DNA of 62,052 nucleotides, the filler included, from Nanobdellati archaeon (GTDB lineage Archaea; Nanobdellota; Nanobdellia; Woesearchaeales; JAADFO01), in NCBI GenBank assembly GCA_013152815.1. It is 6 parts of 6 records of this genome, joined end to end, with 100 filler letters (N's around TTAATTAATTAA, not from the genome) between each part and the next. Parts side by side here need not be neighbours in the genome. Positions count along the whole stretch, not along the records: positions 18,704 to 33,200 come from JAADFO010000012.1; 5 more parts are not named here. One strand, written 5' to 3'. Below, piece by piece: positions 19,262 to 28,163 of the stretch. The position numbers and the translations under genes are program-made. The notes under the pieces are model-generated. The model saw only the letters and a program-made list of their open reading frames with translations, had not been told where the DNA came from and did not search any database. Each line of letters opens with the position of its first letter. Positions within the stretch are counted from its first letter, which is position 1.

Positions 19262-19963
19262 ATGCCGAACCTCACCATCATCGGGACGTCCCACATCGCC
19301 AAGGAGTCGGTCAGGGAAGTCAGGCGTTTCATCAGGGAAAAAAGGCCGGACATCGTTGCGGTAGAGCTTGACCGCCGAAGGCTTCATGGCCTTCTCTCCA
19401 GGCACCGTCCCAAATCGTCGTTCTATAACATCTTCCGGGTGGGAATCCAGGGCTATCTGTTCTCGCTTATAGGAGCATGGGCTTCCAGGAAGATGGGCAA
19501 CGTTGTAGGCACCGATCCCGGAGCAGACATGAAGGCGGCTGTCCTTGCGGCAAGGAAAGAGAAGCTCCAGCTGGCGTTGATCGACCAGGACATCGAGATA
19601 ACACTCAGACGGTTCTCTCAGGCATTCACATGGCGGGAGAAATGGCAGATGGTCAAGGACGTCTTTGAGGGCATCTTCAACAAGGAAGCGGCCATGAAGA
19701 AGCTCCATGGCCTGGATCTGCGAAAAGTGCCCAAGGACGAGCTCATCGAAAGGCTGCTCGAAGAGGTCAGGCACAAATATCCTTCTCTGTATCAGGTCCT
19801 CATCACCGAACGCAACAAGGTCATGGTCAACAACCTCAAACGGATCATGAGACAATACCCTGACAGGTCCATCCTCGCGGTCGTTGGCGCAGGCCACAGG
19901 GAAGGCATGGAATCCCTGCTCAACAAGGTCGATGCCATCTCCTATTCTTTCTCTTTCAGTTGA
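19262..19963 (+). CDS. TraB/PrgY-family protein
   Basis: IIGTSHI, PDIVAVELD..R, PGADM, LITERN..M, AVVGAGH. Confidence 0.92.
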   Translation: MPNLTIIGTSHIAKESVREVRRFIREKRPDIVAVELDRRRLHGLLSRHRPKSSFYNIFRVGIQGYLFSLIGAWASRKMGNVVGTDPGADMKAAVLAARKEKLQLALIDQDIEITLRRFSQAFTWREKWQMVKDVFEGIFNKEAAMKKLHGLDLRKVPKDELIERLLEEVRHKYPSLYQVLITERNKVMVNNLKRIMRQYPDRSILAVVGAGHREGMESLLNKVDAISYSFSFS

Positions 19964-20254
19964 TCATCCAGATTCCTGCATGTATTCCGTGACTGTGCTG
20001 ATGATCTTCTGGACCGTCCCATTGCAGTTCTTGAATACGATCCTGTCAAGCGTTTCAGGCCCTTTCTTCCGTATGATGTCGCTGATGAGCGCATGGATGA
20101 ACGATTGTGTCGCTCCTTCTATCCCTTCAAAGTCGAGGATCACCTCTTCCTGTTCACTCAACGCTGGCAGTATCATCTTGACCCTGATGTCCCTTGCAAT
20201 ATCCTTGTTTTCTGCAAATGGTCCTGTCTTGTCCTGCAGTGTGATGCGTGTCAT
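19964..20254 (-). CDS. STAS-like DUF4325 protein
   Basis: VILDFEGIEGATQSFIHALI pattern with the conserved Ser; coupled to the upstream ATPase. Confidence 0.85.
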   Translation of the reverse strand: MTRITLQDKTGPFAENKDIARDIRVKMILPALSEQEEVILDFEGIEGATQSFIHALISDIIRKKGPETLDRIVFKNCNGTVQKIISTVTEYMQESG

Positions 20255-21213
20255 GCGAATCGTGGCCTCCTAAACGTCTTCTTCTTTCTTTCTCTGATGG
20301 TCTTCACGAAGATGTCTTTGATAAGGTCGAGAAGGTTCGAGAATTCCTCGTTGGTATCCAGCGAGATATCGATGCCGACAACGGTTCCCTGCCAATGGGG
20401 GAGGTGTTCCTCAGAAGAATGCTTGTTCCTGAGAGGATCTGCAAAGAGATGTTGTCTGGTTCCCTGTCTCTTCTTTAATAATTTGTAGAATGCGTCCCCG
20501 CTGTAGATCATGAAGAAATCCCTGTTGGCTTCTGCGATGGATCTTATGAAGAAGAGGCCCGCGCCCACATTGAATTCAGTCCCTCCTCCCATCCGTGTCG
20601 TGCCGGTGATTCCCGGAGTCAGCGCCAAGCGGATCGCATCCAGATCTGTTTTTGCATCATAGGCATTGTTGATGGTTTTCCTGATTCCGACGCCGGTATC
20701 TGCAATGCCTATGCGGATGGTGTTGCTTTTCTTATAATATTGGGCACAGATGATCGCTCCCTTTTCTGAGTCTGCATGTTCTAAAACATTTCTTGCCAGT
20801 TCACTGATGATATATCTTAACGGCTCTGCATGTTTTGGTTCAAGGTGGAGCAGCGGGACCATTTCAGTGATGAATCGTGTGAGCTCTTCAGAGGTCGTTA
20901 TCTTGCTTATCGGAATGAATCGTCCGGCCGGTTCATGCTCTGTGATCCTTATGCCGGAAGAGATGCGCAGCATCCTGAAAAGTCCCATCCTTTCCAGGTA
21001 GTGCTTTGACCTTGCTTCTAACCGTTCACAATAGATGTTCTGTGGTTGGAGACCGATGCCTAACGCTGCAATCATTGAGAGTACCAACGGATGTACTGAG
21101 ATCCATTTCTTGTTGGCAGTTATTTCTAAACGGTCGGGTTCTCTGCTGTCAAATGACCTGAGGAACGGATCGATGTTTCCTATGAATGCGCTGTTCGGCA
21201 GGTGAATCTTCAT
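20251..21213 (-). CDS. GHKL/HATPase_c anti-sigma-kinase-like protein with N-terminal STAS-like region
   Basis: SELARNVLEHA (N box), IADTGVGI (G1), GAGLF (G2), WQGT. The likely start is MKIHLP at 21213; the longer track ORF runs into the MITE-like element. Confidence 0.85.
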   Translation of the reverse strand: MKIHLPNSAFIGNIDPFLRSFDSREPDRLEITANKKWISVHPLVLSMIAALGIGLQPQNIYCERLEARSKHYLERMGLFRMLRISSGIRITEHEPAGRFIPISKITTSEELTRFITEMVPLLHLEPKHAEPLRYIISELARNVLEHADSEKGAIICAQYYKKSNTIRIGIADTGVGIRKTINNAYDAKTDLDAIRLALTPGITGTTRMGGGTEFNVGAGLFFIRSIAEANRDFFMIYSGDAFYKLLKKRQGTRQHLFADPLRNKHSSEEHLPHWQGTVVGIDISLDTNEEFSNLLDLIKDIFVKTIRERKKKTFRRPRFA

Positions 21214-21217
21214 GGTT

Positions 21218-21271
21218 ACCGGGAATTCAATACTCCTTATAAATGTTCCTATTTTCACCGGGATTCCCGGT
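21218..21271 (-). promoter_or_regulatory. TATA box flanked by ACCGGGA palindrome and half-site
   Basis: ACCGGGA-T-TCCCGGT at 21257-21271, half-site at 21218-21224, minus-strand TTTATAAG between them. Confidence 0.45.
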
Positions 21272-21333
21272 ATCCTTGTATGTGCTGGCAGATCCCGGCG
21301 AATTCTTCGCCTGTCTTCATACTTGTCTTGATA

Positions 21334-21628
21334 GGACCTGTAGAAAGTTACGCTTTCGCGTGGTCGGCATCGGGCTCGGCCACTGTGATGATTCCTGCTT
21401 CTGCCGTTCCAGCCCCGCACCTGGTTACGCTCAGTTGACACGCAATATGGAGCATGAAGCTCCATTACGCTGCCATGCGGTGTATCTGCAAGGCAGCGGT
21501 GCGGAACAACGGGTTCTGCTTCCTTTGATCAAACTTTCGTGAAAGTTTGGGGCCCACCCCAGGAACTCTTCCGCTCCTGAGCAGGGTAAGGCCTCGCAAA
21601 GGATGCTGACCTCACTTTCTATAAAGCC
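21334..21628. mobile_element. 295-bp MITE-like non-autonomous element
   Basis: 9-bp direct repeats GTCTTGATA (21325-21333 and 21629-21637) flank imperfect terminal inverted repeats GGACCTGTAGAAAGT / GGCTTTATAGAAAGT (11/15 match). The interior is extensively self-complementary and non-coding. Confidence 0.7.
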
Positions 21629-21673
21629 GTCTTGATAAAAAACCTTAAATACGCCCTTCACTCAGGATTGCCC

Positions 21674-22408
21674 ATGGGCGAATACGCTGAGGCCATCAAA
21701 CAGCATTTCAACTTCCGGGTGAAGGAAGCCAGGGATATTGTCATAGCGATCTTCCTTCTTGCGCTCATCTTCGCCTTCGACGACGGCGCCCCTTCCTTCT
21801 CTGCTGCCCACTGGATAGGCAACTACATCCTCTTCGCCATCCTCGTCTCCCTTGCCCTGCTCTTCAGGATAGGGGTGCAGAAGCTCGTGGCCATCAAGGT
21901 CGGCTATCGCACCGAGTTCAAGATCTGGAACTACGGGCTCGTCCTGGGAGTGGTCATCGCTTTCCTTTCCAGGGGCAACATCCTGCTCCTGCTTCCCGGA
22001 GGCCTGATCTTCTTCCTGCTGCCGGCAGAGCGCCTCGGCCATTTCCGCTACGGCCTCAACTACGACACCACCGGAACCATCGCAGCGTCCGGTTCCCTTG
22101 CAAACATGCTGCTGGGCATGTTCACCAAGGCCCTGATGTACAATTTCTTCGGCTTTGAGTCTGCAGTCCTGGACAAGTTCATCTTCGTCAACTTCCTCCT
22201 GGCGTTCTTCATGATGCTGCCCATCCCTCCGCTGGACGGCATCCGGGCATTCTTCGGCGGCAGGCTCACCTATGTCTTCATCTTCGGTATCATCCTCGCC
22301 TATGTGGCGTTGTTCCTAGTGAACATCTTCTCGCTCATCTTCGCGGTCCTCATCGGCATCGTGCTGTGGCTGGTCTACTACTTCACGTTGGAGAAGGGGT
22401 ATTTCTGA
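21674..22408 (+). CDS. M50 / site-2-protease-like membrane protein lacking HExxH
   Basis: Multi-TM; IAASGSLAN and LPIPPLDG retained, but RIGVQK occupies the HExxH position. Confidence 0.75.
   Translation: MGEYAEAIKQHFNFRVKEARDIVIAIFLLALIFAFDDGAPSFSAAHWIGNYILFAILVSLALLFRIGVQKLVAIKVGYRTEFKIWNYGLVLGVVIAFLSRGNILLLLPGGLIFFLLPAERLGHFRYGLNYDTTGTIAASGSLANMLLGMFTKALMYNFFGFESAVLDKFIFVNFLLAFFMMLPIPPLDGIRAFFGGRLTYVFIFGIILAYVALFLVNIFSLIFAVLIGIVLWLVYYFTLEKGYF
22381..22408 (+). repeat. 28-bp direct repeat, copy 1 (3' end of the M50-like gene)
   Basis: CTTCACGTTGGAGAAGGGGTATTTCTGA is identical to 23767-23794. Confidence 0.95.
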
Positions 22409-22503
22409 CCTTCTTTTTAAGTAACCTGTATATTTCTAAATTCTTTTCTGAATGACCCTGCAAAAACAAAACATATTTAAGTGAGTGCTTCTCAACAGGG
22501 ATC

Positions 22504-23715
22504 ATGTACATCCCTAGGCTGTTGGAAGGGGAGATTAAAAGACACATAAAGAGAAAAGAGATTGTGGCAGTCATCGGTCCCCGGCAGGTCGGCAAGACCA
22601 CACTGATAAATCACCTTCTGAAAGACTTCAAAAGAGTAAAGACGGTGTCGTTTGATGATCTTGAAGCAAAGAATCTTTTCGAAACAAATACTGATGCGTT
22701 CGTCAAACTTTACATCGAAGGCTATGATTATCTTTTCATAGATGAGATCCAGTACTCTGGTTCTTCCGGGAGGATCCTGAAATACATCTATGACACGCAA
22801 GACATAAAGATCTTCATTTCCGGTTCTTCAGCAGCTGAAGTCTCGATAAAGAGCCTGAAATTTCTTGTTGGCAGGGTTTTCATTTATCATCTGTTCCCTT
22901 TCTCGTTCAAAGAATTTCTTGCTTTCAAAGACAAGAGCCTGGCGTCAGTATTGGCCAGGGAAAAGATAGGTGGGCTGGAAAAGAGGTTCCATGCGCTTGT
23001 GCAGGAATTCATCTTGTTCGGCGGCTATCCTGAAGTCGTTCTTGCAAAAGATGAACAAGAAAAGAAACTCATCCTGAAGAACATATACAATACCTATTTT
23101 CTTCGTGAGATCAGGGACATCTTCGGTCTGAGTGAGGACTATAGGCTATCGCGGCTTCTAAAGGCGTTATCCTTGCAGATAGGGAACCTGATAAATTATG
23201 CAGAGTTGGCGACCCTCTCGGGAACAAGTGCCTACGGGGTGAAGAAATTTCTGAACATACTGGAAAAGACGTTTATCTGTAGGGAAAGCAAGAACTTTCA
23301 TACGAATAAGAGAAGTGAACTCAAGAAAAGCCCCAAGATATTCTTTATTGACCCGGGCATAAGAAACATCTCCATAAACAATTTCTCGAAAGAACGAGGA
23401 GATATCGGAGCATTGTATGAGAATTTTATTGCGGCAGAGATGATAAAGCAAGATGTCGAACTGAAGTACTGGAGAACAAGATCCGGGGGAGAGGTGGATT
23501 TTGTGATCGAAAAAGAAGGCAGGATTATCCCGATCGAGATAAAGACGATCATCTCGAACAAGAATCTGGGAAGATCGTTTCATAGCTTCATTGAGACCTA
23601 TGCTCCGAAAGACGCATTTGTTCTGTCTCTCAACTTCTCGGCAGAAAGGACCATCGGAACGTGCAGGGTTCATTTCAGAAGGATTGTTGAGATAGCAAAC
23701 ATACTCAACGCATAG
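22504..23715 (+). CDS. AAA_14 ATPase with C-terminal DUF4143 (PD-(D/E)xK-like) domain
   Basis: GPRQVGKT, LFIDEIQ, SGSS, GGYPE, KIFFIDPG, YWRTRSGGEVDFV..IPIEIK; visibly more AT-rich than its neighbours. Confidence 0.93.
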   Translation: MYIPRLLEGEIKRHIKRKEIVAVIGPRQVGKTTLINHLLKDFKRVKTVSFDDLEAKNLFETNTDAFVKLYIEGYDYLFIDEIQYSGSSGRILKYIYDTQDIKIFISGSSAAEVSIKSLKFLVGRVFIYHLFPFSFKEFLAFKDKSLASVLAREKIGGLEKRFHALVQEFILFGGYPEVVLAKDEQEKKLILKNIYNTYFLREIRDIFGLSEDYRLSRLLKALSLQIGNLINYAELATLSGTSAYGVKKFLNILEKTFICRESKNFHTNKRSELKKSPKIFFIDPGIRNISINNFSKERGDIGALYENFIAAEMIKQDVELKYWRTRSGGEVDFVIEKEGRIIPIEIKTIISNKNLGRSFHSFIETYAPKDAFVLSLNFSAERTIGTCRVHFRRIVEIANILNA

Positions 23716-23766
23716 TTCTTGAGTCTGCGTGGTCCTGTCTGTTGTTATCCTGTGGCGGGTCTGCTG

Positions 23767-23794
23767 CTTCACGTTGGAGAAGGGGTATTTCTGA
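23767..23794 (+). repeat. 28-bp direct repeat, copy 2
   Basis: Identical to 22381-22408; degenerate similarity extends about 40 bp upstream. Confidence 0.95.
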
Positions 23795-23841
23795 GCGGGC
23801 TTGCCGCAACCTTTTTATGGCACACCAGAACTCCATCAGCC

Positions 23842-24402
23842 ATGAACACCGACCCTGTCTTCGATATCCTGGCCTACCTCGTCTTGGGCTCGCTCGTCTT
23901 CCTGTCCGTCTTCCTCGTGATCCTTGCTCTCAAGGTGCTTTTCTGGAAGAAGGGCTTCCCTCCTTTCCTCGCCAGGCTTTTCGCATGGTTCCCGAAGAAC
24001 GGCCTGCTTTTCGCTTTCATCATCTCCCTGTTCTCTGTGACCGGCAGCCTGTTCATGTCCAACATTGCTTTGCTCGAGCCCTGCCATCTCTGCTGGTGGC
24101 AGCGCATCTTCATGTTTCCCCTGCCCTTCATCCTGGGGATGATGCTCTGGAAGCGTCTGGACAAGGCAGTCATTGCCGTCCTTCCGCTGCCCATCATCGG
24201 CGGCTTTATCTCGCTCTATCAGTGGTACAGCCAGATAACCGACAGCTCCACTGCCTGCGCTGTCTCCTTCAATGCCCTGGGCGCTTCCACCAGCTGTAAC
24301 TCTGCCTATCTGATGTACTTCGGCTTCATGAGCATACCCTTCATGACCTTTGTGGCCTTCGGCTTGATTGCAGCATTCCTTGCGGTACACCTTGAACAAT
24401 AG
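23842..24402 (+). CDS. DsbB/BdbC-family disulfide bond formation protein
   Basis: EPCHLCWWQRIFMFP, a second Cys pair, and SIPFM; multiple TM segments. Confidence 0.9.
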   Translation: MNTDPVFDILAYLVLGSLVFLSVFLVILALKVLFWKKGFPPFLARLFAWFPKNGLLFAFIISLFSVTGSLFMSNIALLEPCHLCWWQRIFMFPLPFILGMMLWKRLDKAVIAVLPLPIIGGFISLYQWYSQITDSSTACAVSFNALGASTSCNSAYLMYFGFMSIPFMTFVAFGLIAAFLAVHLEQ

Positions 24403-24465
24403 GCACACCCCACTGGACAATGCCCGCACAACCTATATAAACAGATTTGACTTCATCAGGTCTCC

Positions 24466-26670
24466 ATGCTCGTCGATTTCAAGCCACGGCTGTATCAGGA
24501 GACCATCTTCTCCACTGCTGCGAAGAGGAATTCTCTTGTCGTCCTGCCTACCGGCATGGGCAAGACAGGCATCGCCCTGATGCTCGCAGCCCATCGCCTG
24601 AAACAGCACCCGAGATCAAAGGTCCTCATCCTTGCTCCCACCAAGCCTCTGGTGGAGCAGCTCATGAACGTCATGAAGGACCATCTGGACATGGACCTGA
24701 CAAGGATTGTCATGTTCACCGGCAACACGCCGCCAGAGACCCGCAAACTCATGTGGCAGGATGCCCAGGTCATCGCCTCCACGCCCCAGGGCCTGGAGAA
24801 CGACATCATCTCGCGCAGGATCAACCTCCAGGACGTCTCGCTTCTGGTCCTGGACGAGGCCCATAGGGCTGTTGGTGATTATGCCTATGTCTGGATCGCC
24901 CAGCAGTACCAGCAGACCGCAGATTTTCCCCTGCTCCTCGCACTCACCGCCTCTCCAGGCTCTGACAAGGAGAAGATACAGGAGATCATCGACAACCTTC
25001 GGGTGGAGAACATAGAGATCAGATCTGAGGACGACCCGGACATCAAGCCCTACATCCAGGATGTCGAGGTCCGCTACATAAGCGTCGACCTTCCCGATGA
25101 TTTCAAACAGGCACGAACGTCGCTCAACAACTGTTTTCTCCGCAAGCTCAAGCTCGTCAAGGAGAAGGGCTATCTGGCAAAGGATCCGCGCTCGGTCTCC
25201 AAGAAGGACATCCTCATGATGCAGGGGCAATTGCAGGGAGAGCTTGCCCAGGGACTCAAGGATTTCGATGCCTATCGTGTCATCTCGCTCCTGGCAGAGG
25301 CCATGAAGGTCCAGCACGCCCTCGAACTGCTCGAGACACAGGGCATCGCTTCACTCCATGTCTATCTCCAGTCGCTCATGGGCAAGGCCAGGACCACCAC
25401 GACCAAGGCGGTGAAGAACCTGGTCATGGACCCTGACTTCCGGGACGCCTTTGTCCGGGCATCCTCCCTGATGGAAAAAGGGGCGGTCCATCCGAAGATG
25501 ACCCGGCTCTTCGAGCTGGTGAAGCAAGAACACCGGTCTCCCGGGAAGAAGGTCATCATCTTCAACCATTACAGGGACAATGCACATCGCATCGTCACCC
25601 AGCTCAATACCTTTTCAGGGATCCAGGCAGAGCTCTTCGTCGGCCAGGCGAAGAAGAACGGCACCGGCATCACCCAGAAGGAACAGATAGCGATGCTCCG
25701 GCGTTTCCGGGAAGGTGAGTTCAACACCATCGTCATGACTGCGGTGGGCGAGGAAGGCCTCGACATCCCGCAGGTGGATACGGTCATCTTCTACGAGCCC
25801 ATCCCCAGCGTCATCCGGCACATCCAGCGCAGGGGAAGGACCGGCAGGCTCGAAAAAGGGAAAGTCATCGTGCTCATCACCAAAGGGACCCGGGACGAGG
25901 CCTATCGTTGGAGCGCTCATCATAAGGAGAAGCGGATGCACAGCGTCCTCGGGAAGCTGAAGCATGATATCGGGGTGTTCGCCGGGAAGAAGCAGCCGAC
26001 CCTGCAGAAGTATGTGGAGACCGGGGACGTCCTGGTGTATGCCGATGACCGGGAGAAGGGCTCCAATGTCATAAAGGAGCTCATCAATCTCGGTGTCAGG
26101 ATTGCGCTCAAACGTCTCGATGCGGCAGACTATGTGCTCTCAAGCAGGGTGGCTGTCGAGTTCAAGACGGTCCAGGACTTTGTGGACTCTCTCCTCGACG
26201 GTCGTCTGCTCCAGCAGGTGAAGACCCTCAAGCAGACCTATGAACGGCCTCTCGTCCTGGTGCAGGGCATCGAGGATATCTATTCGGCCAGGAACATCCA
26301 TCCCAATGCCATCCGGGGGATGATCGCTGCCATCACCGTCAGCTTCGGCGTGCCCATACTCTACACGAAGACCGCCAAGGATACGGCTGCCCAGCTCTTC
26401 ATCATCGCATCACGGGAGCAGGAACAGCTTTCCCGGAACTTCGAACCGCACGGTTCAAGAAAGCCGCTGACCGAGAAGGAACAGCTCGAGTATGCGGTCT
26501 CCTCTTTTCCCGGCATCAGCATCCAGCTGGCCAAGGCATTGCTCGAGCATTTCGGCAGCATCAAAGGACTCGTCAATGCCGGCGAGGATGAACTCAAGAA
26601 GGTGGAGAAGATCGGGGCGAAGCGTGCGAAGGAGCTTGCCGAGCTCTTCAGGAAAGATTATGCGCTCTGA
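24466..26670 (+). CDS. hef: Hef helicase-nuclease (FANCM-like SF2 helicase + ERCC4 + HhH)
   Basis: LPTGMGKT, DEAH, LTASPG, EEGLDIP, IQRRGRTGR, ADDRE, ADY, VEFKT..DF, C-terminal HhH. Confidence 0.96.
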   Translation: MLVDFKPRLYQETIFSTAAKRNSLVVLPTGMGKTGIALMLAAHRLKQHPRSKVLILAPTKPLVEQLMNVMKDHLDMDLTRIVMFTGNTPPETRKLMWQDAQVIASTPQGLENDIISRRINLQDVSLLVLDEAHRAVGDYAYVWIAQQYQQTADFPLLLALTASPGSDKEKIQEIIDNLRVENIEIRSEDDPDIKPYIQDVEVRYISVDLPDDFKQARTSLNNCFLRKLKLVKEKGYLAKDPRSVSKKDILMMQGQLQGELAQGLKDFDAYRVISLLAEAMKVQHALELLETQGIASLHVYLQSLMGKARTTTTKAVKNLVMDPDFRDAFVRASSLMEKGAVHPKMTRLFELVKQEHRSPGKKVIIFNHYRDNAHRIVTQLNTFSGIQAELFVGQAKKNGTGITQKEQIAMLRRFREGEFNTIVMTAVGEEGLDIPQVDTVIFYEPIPSVIRHIQRRGRTGRLEKGKVIVLITKGTRDEAYRWSAHHKEKRMHSVLGKLKHDIGVFAGKKQPTLQKYVETGDVLVYADDREKGSNVIKELINLGVRIALKRLDAADYVLSSRVAVEFKTVQDFVDSLLDGRLLQQVKTLKQTYERPLVLVQGIEDIYSARNIHPNAIRGMIAAITVSFGVPILYTKTAKDTAAQLFIIASREQEQLSRNFEPHGSRKPLTEKEQLEYAVSSFPGISIQLAKALLEHFGSIKGLVNAGEDELKKVEKIGAKRAKELAELFRKDYAL

Positions 26671-26718
26671 GCTTCTCTGTGTTCTCTTTTTCTCTTCACG
26701 CTCTCTCTGCTTTCTGTT

Positions 26719-27567
26719 CTAGAACCTCAGCTGTCGCAGCCTTGCGATGCGTTTTTCCATGGGCGGATGGGTGGAGAGCATGCCCAGGAGACCTTTCTTG
26801 GTGAACGGGTTGGTGATGAACAGATGGGCTGAAGCCGGGCTGCCGAGACGCAGGGGATGCCTTTTGGTGTCCTGCTCGAGCTTCTCCAATGCCGATGCCA
26901 GGCCGCTGCTGTCCCTGAGGATCCTCGCGCCGGTCTCATCGGCCAAATATTCCCTGCTTCGGGAGATGGCCAGCTGGAGCAGCAATGCGATGAGCGGGGT
27001 GACGATGGCGAGCAGGAGCAGTTCGAGGATGCCTCCCCGGTCATTGTCCCTGCCTCCGAACCCGCCGAAGATCGCTCCCCACCTCGCCACGAATCCAACG
27101 TAGGAGATGACCGACGCTATGGTCGCGGCGATGGTAGCGACCAGGATGTCCCTGTTCTTGACATGGGAAAGCTCATGGGCTATGACCCCTTTGAGTTCCT
27201 GCTCATCAAGAAGGGAGAGGATCCCTCTGGTCACGGCGATGCTTGCATGCGTGGGGTTCCTGCCGGTGGCAAAGGCGTTGCTCTGCTCTGATGGTATGAG
27301 AAAGACGCGGGGCATCGGCAGGCCTGCTCTTGAAGCCACGTCCTTGACCATGCTGAAGAGCTTTGGCTGCTCTTCTGCTTTGAGCTCCTTTGCCTTGTAC
27401 ATGAAGAGCGCGATGCGGTCGCTCCAGAAGTAGGAGCCCCAGTTCATGATGATGGCGAAGGCTATGGCAAAGGTGAGTCCGGACATCCCTCCGAGAAGGT
27501 AGCCCACGGCGAGCAGCAGTCCGCTCAACATCCCCAGGAGCAGCACGGTCCGTATCTGGTTCTCCAT
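26719..27567 (-). CDS. htpX: HtpX zinc metalloprotease (M48)
   Basis: NAFATGR, HELSH, SRSREYLAD, STHPP. Confidence 0.96.
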   Translation of the reverse strand: MENQIRTVLLLGMLSGLLLAVGYLLGGMSGLTFAIAFAIIMNWGSYFWSDRIALFMYKAKELKAEEQPKLFSMVKDVASRAGLPMPRVFLIPSEQSNAFATGRNPTHASIAVTRGILSLLDEQELKGVIAHELSHVKNRDILVATIAATIASVISYVGFVARWGAIFGGFGGRDNDRGGILELLLLAIVTPLIALLLQLAISRSREYLADETGARILRDSSGLASALEKLEQDTKRHPLRLGSPASAHLFITNPFTKKGLLGMLSTHPPMEKRIARLRQLRF

Positions 27568-27667
27568 GGGACAGGGGTTGGCAGATACTGCTTTTATTGC
27601 TTATGCAAAAGATGGTCTGGCAAGTTCACAGCAAACCTTAAATACGTCTTTTCTTTAGGTATCTCCC

Positions 27668-28093
27668 ATGGCACGGAAACATCGGCCGCTCTGGAACAAT
27701 GACCATCATGAGCTTGTCACGGCCCTTCTTGGGATGCTCTTTGCAGGCCTTGCGCTGCGGCAACAGCCCGCCGTCGGTCTCGTCGCGCTCCAGAGTTCCT
27801 TCGAGCCCTATGATGGAGGAGCCCTGGTCACGTTCAGGGACTATGGCGGCATCCTGAACTGTGTGGCCAACTTCGACAACAACGACCCGTTCCACATAGG
27901 GAAAGTGACCGCTTTCGTGGCGCATGATGATGTGCCCTATGTGCTCTTCGACGGCTGGGACAGCTGCATCCGGGATCCTGAGGGGAACATGGCCCTCCGT
28001 GAACTGTACTGCCAGGACGGTGAGGTCCTTTACCTTGACGGGCACTGTACCGCTGGCTACACCTCCACCAAAGACGGCTGTCGCTGCAGCTGA
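27668..28093 (+). CDS. Hypothetical protein with N-terminal hydrophobic segment and Cys-rich C-terminus
   Basis: 141-aa ORF with typical codon usage; TATA-like CTTAAATA upstream. Confidence 0.6.
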   Translation: MARKHRPLWNNDHHELVTALLGMLFAGLALRQQPAVGLVALQSSFEPYDGGALVTFRDYGGILNCVANFDNNDPFHIGKVTAFVAHDDVPYVLFDGWDSCIRDPEGNMALRELYCQDGEVLYLDGHCTAGYTSTKDGCRCS

Positions 28094-28112
28094 TTCATGC
28101 GAGGGTTTCATA
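28090..28112 (+). repeat. Dispersed palindromic element, truncated copy C
   Basis: CTGATTCATGCGAGGGTTTCATA matches the 5' end of copies A, B and D; its TGA is the stop codon of the upstream ORF. Confidence 0.7.
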
Positions 28113-28163
28113 ATACCTGCTTCTTCCATAATCCTTTTATACTGTCGTGCCTGCCTGTTTTCC

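Noticed and set aside
21334..21628. Possible RNase P RNA or SRP RNA (about 300 nt with paired ends)
   Set aside because: There is no GAGGAAAGTCC/ACAGAA..GGCTTA pair in the right positions and no compact CAGG-nnn-GRRA-nnn-AGCA helix 8 on either strand. The flanking target duplication favours a MITE.
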